Below, piece after piece: positions 1-12,480 of a DNA stretch of 20,000 nucleotides (positions are counted from its first letter, which is position 1; each line of letters opens with the position of its first letter). Both the position numbers and the translations under genes were made by a program. The DNA comes from Neovahlkampfia damariscottae (Eukaryota), in assembly GCA_016618085.1 (NCBI GenBank), contig JABLTG010000027.1, positions 122,429-142,428 of the forward strand, written 5' to 3'. The notes beneath the pieces were generated by a model. The model had not been told where the DNA came from, did no database searches, and was given only the letters and a program-made list of their open reading frames with translations.

Positions 1-3000
1 GTTGATTCATATAATGTTATGGTTGGTTCTTTGATATTTGGATCATTATTAATTGAGCATTTAACGAAAGATTCATTTCCAACAATTGGATATGCTTCAA
101 CAAAGTATTTGGTTGTTCCATCATCATGTTGACAATATATTTTGTCAGTTGGATTCTTTCTATATCTAGTAATGTTTTGATTTGTTTCTAAAGTAATTTC
201 GATTGTTCCAGATTCTTGAATGTTAATCAAACGTGGATCAATATTTGAAATAGTTGCATATGGTAAATTGATCACATGTAAATCAGTTGAAATCTTTTCT
301 GATAATGTTGAATTGTATTTCCAAACAATTGTCAAATATTGATCAATGTCTGCAAAGAATTCATTTTTTAAGCAAGTAATTTCATTATTTTCAAAAGACG
401 CACTGGATTTTGAAAATTCTTTTGAACTTGAAAAATCAAATTTTGATGAAAGACAATGGATATTTGTTTCAATCAATTTTGTTTTGCATTCTGTTGGAGC
501 AGATGTTGTATAATTCAAAATGATTGATGTTTCATGTGGTAGCAATGTAAAAGTATTTTTTGTCAATGGTAATTTCCCACAAGTGTCTGTATTCAAATCA
601 TCACACCATATCGACTTTTGATGATTTTTAGTTGAAACAGAAAATTCATTTTTCAACCATGTTTCAGGAAAAATCCCACATAATTTATTTCCATCCAAAA
701 CTAAATTATCAAAATTGGTGAAATAACTTTTAAAAATTTCATAGTTTGATGCAGAGTTTCCATTTTCATTATAACTTAAATTTAAAGTTTTCAATGAAGG
801 AGAAAAATAAAATTGAAGCTGCTTATTCGGTCTGAACAATTCATTTGATGATAGATCAACATTTTCCAATGAAGTAAAATTTAACATGTTAGGGATTATT
901 CCTGAAAATCCAACATTTGAAAATTTCATTCCTGTTATTCGAAATGATGAATCACAAGATACTCTGGTTGATTGAACTTCTTTGTTGCAATAACATGATG
1001 GACCGATATCAATGCATTCTTTATATAGTGTCTTATTTATTGAACATCCAATTTGGCAAGAATGATCAACAAATTCAAATAGATCTGAGTGTTGACAGTT
1101 TCTTCCATAAAATGAAGGTTGACAAATACAAGTATCTTTCTCGGTACAATTTCCATGTGAAGAACAAACTTTTGCATTGATTGAATCAATTCCAAAACAA
1201 ATATTATTTTGACATTCATTGCCTGAGTATCCAGGAGCACATGTGCAATTATTTGGTGATAAACAATTTCCTCTGATATTGTTTGTACAAGAATTGGTTT
1301 CATTTGCTGCTTTTCCAAAACAAATTGGAATTTCACAATTGAAACCTGAATAACTTGATAAACAAGAACAAATTTCAGGAGTATTACAACTACCATGTCC
1401 TGAACAAACAGAAAGAAATTCATTTGAAACTCCATAACAGATTGTAAATTGACAATCATTTCCAGTATATCCAGGAGCACATGAACAATTGTTTGGTTGT
1501 AAACAATTTCCTCTTTTGTTACAAACATTTGGATTGGTGGAAACAGTGTGATTACAAATTGCGTTTTGACAATTATTTCCAGTCCAACCTGAGTTACACG
1601 AGCATGAATCAGGTGAAACACAATTTCCATTTCCAGAACAGACATTTGCATCCAATGCACTTTTTGAAAAACAAACAGGTGAATTGCAATCGGTTCCAGA
1701 CCATTGTGGAGTACATGAACAACTATTTGGTCCAACGCAATTCCCTTTAACTCCAGAGCAATTATTTTCATTTTTACAATGAAATGTTGAACAATTAGAA
1801 TTTTCCCATCCACTGGAACAAGAGCAGTTATTTGCTCCTATACATAATCCATTTCCTGAACAATCATTTACATCTGTACAAACAGTGACATTACAATAAA
1901 TTCCAGAGTATCCTCCTGCTGAACAAACACAATTATCAGGTGAAGAACATATTCCATTTCCTGAACATACTTTATCCATATTTGACCCAATTCCGTGGCA
2001 AATTGGAAATGAACAATTTAGTCCTGTAAATTGAGTATTGCAGTTACAGTTATTCGCTCCAATACAAATACCATTTCCAGAGCAAGAATTTCGATCAACA
2101 CAAGTAATATCTTGGCAATTATTTCCAGTCCATCCAGATTCACAAATGCAATTATTTGGTGAAATACACGAACCATGAGAACTACAAACAGTAATATCAC
2201 CAGATGATTTTCCATTGCAGATATTTAATTCGCAGTTTTGTCCCAAATATCCTGTGTCACAAAAACAATTTTCTTTTCCAATACAACTCCCATGTGAATT
2301 ACAAACTGTTGAATCATTTGATAGTTTTCCATCACAAATAAAAATATCACACTTTGTTCCATAATATCCAGAATTACAAATGCAATTGTCAGGACTGGAA
2401 CATGTTCCATTTCCTGAGCAGACTGTATTTGTTTGTGATGATTCAATTCCATAGCAAATTGGATTTTGGCATTGATCTCCTGAATATTTAGAATTACAGT
2501 GACAACTGTCAACTGAAAAACAATTTCCTTGCGAATTACATACGTTACTTTCATTTCCGAGGATACCAAAGCATTTTGGAATTTGGCATTGACTTCCACC
2601 ATGATTTGAAGAACAAGAACAAGTATTATGTGAAATACAAGTACCATTAGGTCCAGAACAAGCAACAGGATTGATGAAGCCAAAACAAATTGGTATATCA
2701 CATTTTGAACCTGTGAATTGTGAATCACAAATACATGAATTTGGATTTTGACAAGTGCCATGAGAATTGCAAACATTAGAATCATTTGATGATATTCCAA
2801 AACAATCTATGAATTGACATTCATTTCCAGTATGCCCCAAAGCACAACTACAATTATTGGTCGACATACATGTTCCATTGGTTGAAGAACATGCTTGCGG
2901 TTCAGTTTTTCCGAAACAAATTGGTTTTTTACATTCCGAACCAGTGTATCCTTCATCACAAGCGCAAATGTTTGAATTAACGCATGAACCATGAGAAGAA

Positions 3001-5135
3001 CATACAGTTGCTTCATTTGATGAAATACCGAAACAAGAAAAATATTCACAATTGGTGCCAGCATACCCAGATGTACAATTGCAGCTATTGGTTGAAATAC
3101 AAGTCCCATTTGAACCTGAACATGCGTTGGGATCTGTTAATGAGTTACACATCGGAATTTCGCAATTAGAACCTGTTGAACCTGCTCCACATGAGCAACT
3201 GTCAGGTCCAGTACACATTCCTTTCCCAGAGCACACTAATGGATCAAATGATATTTTTTCAAAGCAAACAGGAAACTCACAATTCATTCCACTATATCCA
3301 GCAGAACAAGAGCATACGTCAGGAGAATTACAAAGTCCATGGGATGAACATACATTTGTATTATTTGCATAAACTCCAAAACAAACAGCAAATTGACAAT
3401 CTGAACCAACATAACCCGATGTGCAATTACAAGTCTCAGGTGCAATGCAAGATCCATGTGAAGAACATACGTTTGTTTCATTATTTGAAATTCCAGTACA
3501 ATTGTAAAATTCACAATAATCTCCAAAATAGGGAGATGAACAATCACACTTGTCAAGTTGACCTGGAAAAATTGAGATAAATCATTGAAAATACCGTTTT
3601 TTGTTATACAATTCCCTCTGTCATTACAAAAACCTGAGAATCCTGTGATAGAAATATCATTAAAAACAGTCGTGAGTGCTCTGTCATCATCAGCACCTTG
3701 TGCTACACCGACATAAAAGTTTCCAACGAAACCTATTGTTGTAGTTTTTGTTTGTGAAAAAACACCATTTTCGTTTGAATGAGAGCATTCAATGGTATTT
3801 CCTGTTTTGGTCAATTTTACATAGTATTGATATCCACCTTTTGGGTTTTGTGTAAATTTCAGGATTGCTGCTTGTGAATTTGGACTATCTCTGAATTGAA
3901 AAATAAAATCTTTACGACCATGAGATGGGTGCCCACAAAAAGCCATTAAAGGAGATACATTTTGCAAATTTACCAAATCTTGACGGATTACAACACCTGA
4001 AACAAATGTATCTATAGTCGACGTCATGCTTTTTATTTTTGTAATGATGGTTCCATCTCCTGATAGTTTTTTGAAGGCCATAACAAATTGATCCGTCTCT
4101 AAATTGCGATTATAAAGTCTTGTCATTTGAGAGACCATCGTAAGTTCATTTGGATCCACCGTTAATGTTGGAATAATATCGAAAAGTTGATCAAAAGAAG
4201 ATGTCGTAGCGGATAAAATTCTGAATCTCCAACTGTTGTCTCCACATTCATTGTGAGTAACTAAAAAAAAATTGGTTTAGTTTCAAAATAATGTAATACC
4301 GATTGGAGTACAAGTTTCAGTATCTTTAAGGTAGTAGTTTCCTGATCCACAAGTTGTGTTAAAGCCATAAAACCGAAGATTTGAAACTACAGCTGTATTT
4401 TGGCTGGCAGAGTAACCAGCGGGGTTTAAACCGAGTGTCCAATGGGCTGTCTGAAAAAATTAAAAAAAAAAAAAAGAAACTTGAGGTAATGTGGAGAGAG
4501 TATATGAGTGAACAGAAATCCAAGTAAGTAAGTCATCTGAAATGTATGCAGTGATCTTGTTTCCAACTCGTTCCAATCTTTTGTTTTAGTTTTTCTTTGT
4601 TTTACTTGATGTATCCATGGTAGAGTTCATCTAACATGGGATTTTTATGCATTTCAACGGTAGGAACTGAGTTAACAGAAGTCCGAAAAAGAAATTTTGA
4701 CCATTTGTTTGAGGAAGATAGACCTACTTGGCCTTTTACTGCAAAACTGACCATCTTTTCGTTCAGAGCAATACCTTCACGAATCTATATTTTTAGTGTT
4801 TTTTTTTATTATACTCCAACAACAAAGTGTTCTTGATAAGTATACGTTGGAACTTTGTCATAAGTAAGTTTAAAAGTTATGTATCCATCTCCAGTTAATT
4901 TCTAAAGAGTCAAAAATAAAACGCGAACATAATAGTTAAACATCATGGGATCACTTATTGAGTTGCCCATGTAACAATTTGAACCACAATTCGTGACACC
5001 TTTAAATGTGTAAGGTGCTGTTGTTGAAATAGAGCCTTCAATTATACCTGCCGTGTTGTCAAATGTTGCCACGTAGGTATCATAGCAAAAACTAACACTA
5101 AATATGAAGAAGAACAAAAAAACACTTCTCACCAT
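1..5135 (-). CDS. Large secreted or cell-surface protein: signal peptide, two ConA-like (DUF1349-like) beta-sandwich modules, 22 EGF-like repeats, LRR block; 3' end beyond the window
   Basis: ATG at 5135 gives hydrophobic MVRSVFLFFFIFSVSFC. Six GT-AG introns (4902-4928, 4785-4814, 4578-4605, 4451-4480, 4261-4299, 3563-3594) join the exons in frame. The last exon (3562 to <1) stays in one frame wherever I translated it and is absent from the ORF track because it has no stop in the window. Repeats such as VCSGNGTCSSPDNCICNSGYYG; LRR segment FSGIIPNMLNFTSLENVDLSSNEL...LKTLNLSYN...LVLDGNKLCGIFP. Confidence 0.9.
1090..3635 (-). repeat. Coding tandem array of about 22 EGF-like (tenascin/Naegleria-type) repeats, roughly 100-120 nt each
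   Basis: Counted 22 C-x-x-x-G-x-C...C-x-C-x-x-G-[YW]-x-G-x-x-C-type units in the minus-strand frame; units are divergent at the DNA level. Confidence 0.9.
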
Positions 5136-5266
5136 TGATGTTTAAATTGATTGGTCAATAAAACATTCTAAACGATTAAATAAAATAATTGGAGGAAAAT
5201 TTTTGGTATTCTGAAATATTCTTCTGTTGCTGCCGATATGTTTTTGAAATTATAAAACGTTTCAGT

Positions 5267-7100
5267 TTATTCTGAATGGTGATTGGTTAAACAGACAAAG
5301 GTTTTGTAATACTTCCAGTTCTTCTTTCCCATTCTTTTTTCATAAATATATTTTAAGCTAGCAAATGATTTTGATGCAATAATCCAACCACGAGGATTCT
5401 CTAACAACTGTTTGATTGTTTCTTTTGGAATATTTTTATTTAAGTATTCAATTTTATAAATTTCATTCAATTGGTCTTGAAGTTTAAACGGATCTGGCAT
5501 TTCTTTAGTCTTTCTTGGTTTTGATAAATTTAAAACGTCATCAAAAGTATTGGCATGAAACACTCTTTCCGATAAACATTCTAACAAACAAAATAATTTT
5601 GTCAACGTTGCTGGAACAGAACAATGATCAAATAATCTTGAATCTAATGTTCCTTTTTTAATATAAGGATTAATTGAAATCGCAGGAACACGATAACCTA
5701 AAGTGGAAAACACTCCATCATTTAAATTTTTAACTTTATCTTTCATTTTTGGGAGTGATGGTGATTGAACATGATCCTAAAATCCACCATGTTCATCACA
5801 AACAATTAAAAACAAAGTTTCTTCAAATTGCTTTTCATTTGAAAGTAAAGCAGTATAAATATCAAGAATCAATTGTTCACCTGGTCTCATATCATGTGGA
5901 GGATGTTGATCTTGTGCAATATCATCACCTGATGTAAAAAAACAAGGTTCTAGAAAAGAATATTTTGGTAAATTCCCATCTTTTGCTGCTTTATAAAAAT
6001 CATGAAATGGTTCAATATTTTCTGTTTTTTTATCTTTCATTCTTTTGAGCATGTTTAAATTGAGAACTGAAGTTCCTGAAATATCATGATAATAAATTTT
6101 CCATTCATCATCTTCAAATAAATCAAAAATGATTTTTGACTTATTCACTTCTGTGTTAGTTGTCACTCCGTCACTTGTTCCACAATGTAAAAACCAACGA
6201 TTTGGATGAGTTGGACCTGCTAGTGAAGAATGCCATGAATCAAAGACACAAAATTCCTGTGCTAATATTGAAATAATTGGAAGTTGTTGTGGTGTAAAAC
6301 AATGCACATGTCTCAGCTTCAATTTTGACTAACTTTTCAGGTGGCAGATAAAGGTTTTTTAATGACCATCGTTTTGAAATTAATTGTTTATATGCAACTG
6401 AATAAGCGTCTGATATCCATTCTCCTTAATAAAGAATTGTGTTAAAAAAAATTAATTCTTCAAAACCTTTTAATTGTTTTTCAACGTGATCATCAACTTC
6501 ATGGCTCAAGTCAATTAATTGTATATATTGAGCTTTTGCACAAGGTTTTACACCTTCTACTTCAAATTGATCCTCTTTTCCTTTAATTCCATTTACACCA
6601 TCCATGTATCCAAAAATATGATCAAAACTTCTATTTTCCATGCATAAGACGACAACTTTTTTAATTATTCCTTCTGTTGATTTTGGTTCTAAACGAAACA
6701 AATAATGATGTTCTAGGTCCTTTTGCATTTCTGATACAATTTCCAATATCTTCATCAGTCAAATTTTCACAAGCATCCATTTTTAACAGAGCTGGAGTAC
6801 TAAAAGGGTTTTTTAATTTTTTTTTTTTTTTAAAATTACTATTTTGTTGTGAAAATACTGTTGATACGTGCACTACCAAATAATTCATTTGGATTTTGAA
6901 TATGTTTTTTTAATTTACTTGAATTTAAATACTTGGTAGAATTTTGGATTCTTTTGTGCGACCACTTTGCTGATTGATTGTTGTTCATCAACTTCAATTT
7001 GTACGTTTGTCTTTGGGTCACCTTTCCATCTTTCTCTGATAATCTTTGATTGAATTTAAAGGAATATAATTTTTTTTATCTTCCTCTGTGAATAAAACAT
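5267..7100 (-). pseudogene. Phosphoesterase family (non-specific phospholipase C / acid phosphatase type) gene, apparently disrupted
   Basis: Motifs IKKVVVLCMENRSFDH, GPTHPNR, DQHPPHD, DEHGGF*DHV and LGYRVPAISINP. In-frame TAG at 5777-5779. Frame discontinuity near 6305-6315 after the intron at 6425-6466. The 5' end (ATG 7100, CCAAT at 7116-7120) is tentative; the homologous core is 5267-6690. Confidence 0.75.
6697..6890 (-). pseudogene. Isolated fragment of a dynamin-related protein (Drp1/Vps1-type middle domain) containing its own 40-nt intron
   Basis: Removing GT-AG intron 6800-6839 gives NELFGSARINSIFTTKYTPALLKMDACENLTDEDIGNCIRNAKGPRTSLFV, matching the dynamin middle-domain pattern EL.GGARI..IF...L...DI..AIRNA.GPR..LFV. 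No GTPase domain or GED nearby. Confidence 0.8.
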
Positions 7101-7192
7101 GGTGGAAATAAAATGATTGGATAACTGGTTTGTCAACTTGAACAAAATTTGATCTCAACAAGATTTTGATTTATTTTCTATTTTTATTTTTA

Positions 7193-8492
7193 TTACCATT
7201 CTAAAGTGTCATTTATCACGTCTTCAAATGATTTACTTTCTTCACAATAGAATTGAGAGAAGTATTTTCTAAATTTCCCAACTTGACCATCCCCATTGAC
7301 TAAAACTGGTGTTTTTATGAATCTTTTATAAGCCCATATGTGTCTCTCATTGTCAATTTGTGCTCCTGCTTCTTGTAAAATTAATTTCCCAATAATTTTA
7401 GGAACCCACCAAGGACCAAAGACACATGTTTGCATTTTTTGTTGCATTGGTTTTACTGGTAATGGTGCATGATAAACATAAAAATTTCCCAAAATAGGAA
7501 GCCAAAAAGTTGTAAAGAAAGAACTTGGACCATCTTGATGAATATCAATATTAAGTGAATAAAATGTTTTGAATCCAAATAGCACTAATGTTGATACCAA
7601 AGGATATTTGCAAACATGTGATTGTTTTCCTTCACCAACTTCAAGTCTACCTTCATAAGACCAATGTAAAAGTGGAACACCGAAAATTTTAGTAACTCCA
7701 TGAATTCTATTGAAGTGTGCAAGATCAACACCATTTTCTGCAATGTCTTGAATGTGAACATCAATGAAATGTTCTGCAGTTGCATGAATTGAATATGAAC
7801 CATTTTCAACCTGTTTTATTGGACTTGGTTCCCAATGTGGTTCTTCATCATTTGCATGATACCAGACATAAATAAATCTATTTCTTTCTAAACTGGTCCA
7901 GACTTTAGTCTTTGCGTTTGAAGGAATGCTCTTTCCATTGCCATATGGCACTGAAACACATTTTCCATTTTCGTCAAAGGTCCAACCGTGAAATGGACAT
8001 TCAATACAGTCACCCACTACCTTTCCATGTAAACCTATATTTGCTCCGAGATGTGGACAATAAGCGTTCATGATTGTGACTTTTCCTTTTTGTGTTCTGA
8101 AAACAGCCAATCTTTCACCTAATGTTTCAACATATTTTATTTCTCTAGCTTTGAGTTCATGTGAATTGCAAACTTTAAACCATCCTTTTGACAAATTTTA
8201 ATTTTTTTTTGACAATTTTACCATTTGGATAAGGTTTTGGATATCCTTCGACTTTTGGAAAATATTTTGGAAATTCTCTGCCATGATAAGGTTCTTTAAT
8301 ATCTGTTGATTGAAATAAAAATTTGTATAGTTGATGAAGCAATGGAATGAGGAAGAGTAAAAAAACAAATCCTGGTAATGCTACAAAAAGGTCAGGTAAT
8401 TTTGTGATATATTGTTGATGGTACTCAGGAAAGTAACTTGAAGATTTGTAGTATAAATACCCAAACGAACCAAGGAATAATTCTCCTAGCAT
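7193..8492 (-). CDS. Rieske non-heme iron oxygenase, Neverland/DAF-36 cholesterol 7-desaturase-like
   Basis: Intron 8185-8221 restores PYPNGWF. Rieske ligands CPHLG and CPFHGW; mononuclear Fe motif ENGVDLAHFNRIH; N-terminal hydrophobic segment; C-terminal DG...KFRKYFSQFY and terminal LEW. Confidence 0.88.
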
Positions 8493-8643
8493 CGGAATAA
8501 CTTGTTTGATTTTTCAATGTCATTGGTCAAAATTTGAAAGAACTTAATCCCTTCTCAAATTGAAACTTATCAGAGAAAATGAACTCTGCAGAGAATTAAT
8601 TATTTTAACTTCTAATATTTTTTTATTGGTCAATTACTTTCGA

Positions 8644-11600
8644 ATGAATTTTACTTCAGAGTCCAATCTCTGTGGTCAAACACTATTAAGATTAGTGAGT
8701 CATGGAAACTCTATAGTTTCAGAAATTCTTCGTTTAAGTAACTACATTCCAGAAGTCTTCTATTTAAAAGACAAAAAATATGCGGACATTATTTTTGATT
8801 TTCGTTATATGAATAATGAAGATGCTTTAGACGCAAAAATTCAAAAAAGCTCAGTAAATTAAATTTTATAAGTTACTTATTTGAAATAGGTTTTATTGGA
8901 TTTGGATGAATCCTTCAAAGAAAGTCACTTGGTAATTTTAGAAAGATTTTATTTAGTTTTCGACAATATTTTCAAATATATTCAAGATTTTATTAAATTT
9001 ATCAATGAATTAGAAAGTGGTGTTGTTTTTATTCAACAAACATTTCAAGTATTTGTTTTAAAATTTTTAACATTATTTAAAGTCAGTGTTGGTTAATTCA
9101 CAAGGAAAACAATTAATAGCAGAAGCATTACATATTTATGGAGTTATGTTACTCTTAGTTGATTTAAAAATACCAGGTGAAGTTCGTGAAAGGTAAAAAC
9201 CAAAATTTCGATATAACACACAAAAAAGAATGATCATGTCATATTATCGATACAAAGGAAGTGGTGAAATTACAAACATAGATAAAGTTTGCAAATTATT
9301 TAAAAACACAGGATTTATTCCAGGAAAAAAAACACCTCCAAGTTATCCAATTGAATATTTTTCAAGGTTTAAAATTCCTTCAGATATCATTTCTATGATT
9401 ATTGGAAGATTAAGATCCGATGATATATACTTACAAACTTCATATTATCCATTACCTGAACATCGTTCAACTGCTTTATTTACACAAGCTGGAATGCTTT
9501 TTGTAATTTTATATTTTCAACCAGATATTTTAATCAAAGAAAAAGTAAAAACTTGATTACTTTATTAACTAATTTAAAAGTCAATTATGAGAGAAATTGT
9601 TGATAAACATTTTCCTGACATGTTTGTGGTTACTTGGTATTTAGGTTTCACAGTTGATATTTCTGTTGTTTGGTCTGAGTATAAAGCAGCTTCACTTGCA
9701 ATTTCAAATACAATTTCACATCAATCTGTCAAAGAAGAAACACAAAAACATTTAAAAAATTTGGAAGAATCAGTTGAAGAAGTCAAAGGATACTTGACAG
9801 AAGTAAAAAAAAAAAAATGAAAATTAACAAATATAGGGTGTTTTACAAGAAGAATATGTTTTAGATAATATAAATAAATTGATGAATTGTTTACGTAAAT
9901 CTAATGTAACTTTACGATGGTTAATGCTTCACAGAAGATGTTCAAATAAAAAATTAAAAGATTTAGTTGTACAAATGACAAATTCAGAAGATATTTTATA
10001 TTTATTATTGAATGTTGCTCAATTTGAATACGTTTTAAAAAAGATGTTTTCAGGAATGTTGGAACAAAAAGAAAAAAAATGGAATGAATGTAAAGATCAA
10101 TGTAAAGAGAGAATGTTATCATTATCAGAATACTACAGTAAAAAAAGAAAAAAAATTTTAATTCATTTGAATAAGGTGGTGAAAAAGTATTAGCAAAAAA
10201 TCAAAAAGATGATCAATTAGAAATTTGGTTTAAAGATATTTCTGAAAAAATTACTGAATTGAATTATGAAGATTCAACCTTAGCAGGAAGAAAAATACAA
10301 CAATTATTAATTGCACTGGAAGAAGTTGAAGAATTTCATCAAGTAATTTCAATTTTGAAAAAATTAACATCAAATAGATTAATAGTAGTTTACATGTTAA
10401 ACAATATTTAAGTGATACAAGAGATTTATTAAAAAAAATGATTCGTTATGTGAATGTTAAAGATGATGTAATGATTACTATATCAACAATTTCAGATATT
10501 TCATACGCTTGGGAAATTATTGATGATTATGTAATGTCAATGCAATCTAAAATTAAAAAAGATCCACTTTTAATTATTAAAATTAGATCTACATTTTTGA
10601 AATTGGCAACAATGTTAGAGTTACCTTGTGTTAGAATTTCACAAGCAAAATCTGATGATATCATTAGTGTATCAAAATACTTTTCAGGTGAATTGGTTAA
10701 TTTTGTTAGAAAGACATTAGAAATTATACCAATGACAATGTTTGCAACATTAAATGAAATTATTGATATTCAAACACATAAATTAGATCAAATTCCAACA
10801 AAATTACCAAAAGATCAATTAAAAGATTATGCTCAATTAGATATTCGTTATGAATTGGCAAAAGCAACATATGAAATTTCAAAATTCACAGAAGGTATTT
10901 ATGCAATGGATACAACATTAGTTGGAATTATTGAAATTGACCCAAAAGGATTATTAGAAGATGGTATCAGAAAAGTAAAGAAAAGCTTAAAAATATTCAT
11001 TTTTCAACTAGGAATTGGTTAGACAAATTGTAATGGTTTTAGATGAGACACTAGTATTCAAATCAAATGGAAAAATTATAGATTTTGAAAATAAATTAAA
11101 AACTGTTTCTGATAAATTACAAGGAATGTTTCGTTCATTTGAGTATATTCAAGATTATGTTAATGTTTATGGATTGAAAGTATGGCAAGAAGAATTTTCA
11201 AGAATAATAAATTTCAATATTGAACAAGAATGTAATAGATTTTTAAAAAAGAAAATTTATGAATGGCAATCATCATATCAATCTGAAGTAATTACTATTC
11301 CAAAATCAAAAAAATTAGATGATTTTTCAAATACATTTTTAGGAAGAGTTCTTAGAGAACTTCAAATTCAAATTGATCCAAAAAGATCAACTTATATTTC
11401 ACAATTAAATGGTTGGTATGATATAAATACAGGAGTTGAAATCATTGGTGCACAATTCTTTCATTTGTTATTTAGATCATTAGGAGTTCATGGATTATTT
11501 GGAATTGATACATTAACATCTTTTACTATTGTTAGATTATTACAAAAATTTAGAGATGCATATGAAAAATTAATTTTAGAAAATGAAGTTATTAAAGTTC

Positions 11601-12405
11601 AAGTTATTCAAGGATTAGAAAATAGAATCAATCCACCATCAACATTACCAACAAATATTTCAAAATATTATAGTTTAGCATTATCAAAATTATTCAAAGT
11701 TTGGGATTTCTTTGCTGATGTTGTTATTAAAATTGGTAAATGTCAATTAATTAGAAAACATATTTCAAGTCAATTGAATGTAAGAAATGAAATATTTATT
11801 CATCATTTTTGAAGTTTTGTTGTAAAGTTGATGCCAATGAACTTTCTTCATGTTTAGAAGTAATTAATATTGGAATTTTAACTGAAATTTATCAACATTT
11901 TTCTTATCCAGATTCAAAACCACATCCATCTGGTGAAAATCCACTTTTATATCAAATATCAACATTTTTAGAAAGAACAGGAATGACATCTCCTTTTGAA
12001 AAAATTTATTTTACATCAAATTATCTTGAACATTTATCATTAGTTTTATTCTTATTTGTAATTTCACAAAAAGATAAATTAATGTATGATCATCATTCTG
12101 AATCATTAAAGAAAAAGAAAAAAGATGATATTTTAGATCCAATTCCATTGGTTGTTGGTTTAAATACAATTTTACATCAATTTCATTCCAGTGAAAAATT
12201 GAAATTTCTATCTTATTTAGGTCAATATATTCGTTCAAGATTGGATACTTTTGTGATTTATGAAAAGAATCCAGAAATTCCGGCCGATGTTAGAACTATT
12301 TTATGTTTGATGGAAGAATTTTCACGTTTGGCAAATATTCCAAGAAAAATTATTGAATCTTATGTTCCAAGTTATTTATTTGCAAAATATGTTGAAAAAA
12401 AATAA
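8644..12405 (+). CDS. WASHC5: Strumpellin, WASH complex subunit 5
   Basis: N-terminus [35 protein letters not shown]...[45 protein letters not shown]. Nine frame-restoring introns: 8854-8889, 9049-9082, 9193-9228, 9545-9580, 9803-9836, 10138-10175, 10343-10377, 10975-11011, 11780-11814. Confidence 0.96.
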
Positions 12406-12480
12406 ATTTTACTTTTTAATCGTTGATTGGATGTAATTATTCCGCCAATCATCTTCAATAAATATTCATCCAAACAAAAA

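Noticed and set aside
917..3580. Many listed ORFs on both strands over the EGF region (e.g. 1037-1813, 2225-2800, 3052-3372)
   Set aside because: Off-frame or antisense shadows of the true Cys-rich minus-strand frame, which the track omits.
1090..3635. Periodic repeats as a CRISPR-like or non-coding array
   Set aside because: Conservation is at the amino-acid level (EGF cysteines) with synonymous variation; there is no constant repeat and unique spacer structure.
5777..5779. TAG reassigned to Tyr (alternative genetic code) or programmed readthrough
   Set aside because: No gene here ends in TAG, but it is the only in-frame TAG I found across the spliced gene models and sits in a gene with other lesions; a nonsense mutation or sequence error is simpler.
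8560..8643. Upstream non-ATG extensions in the ORF track (8560, 12427, 14992, 18060) and the ATG-less 19203 start
   Set aside because: These use bacterial-style alternative starts and run through CCAAT-containing promoter DNA; the downstream ATGs fit homology and/or CCAAT spacing.
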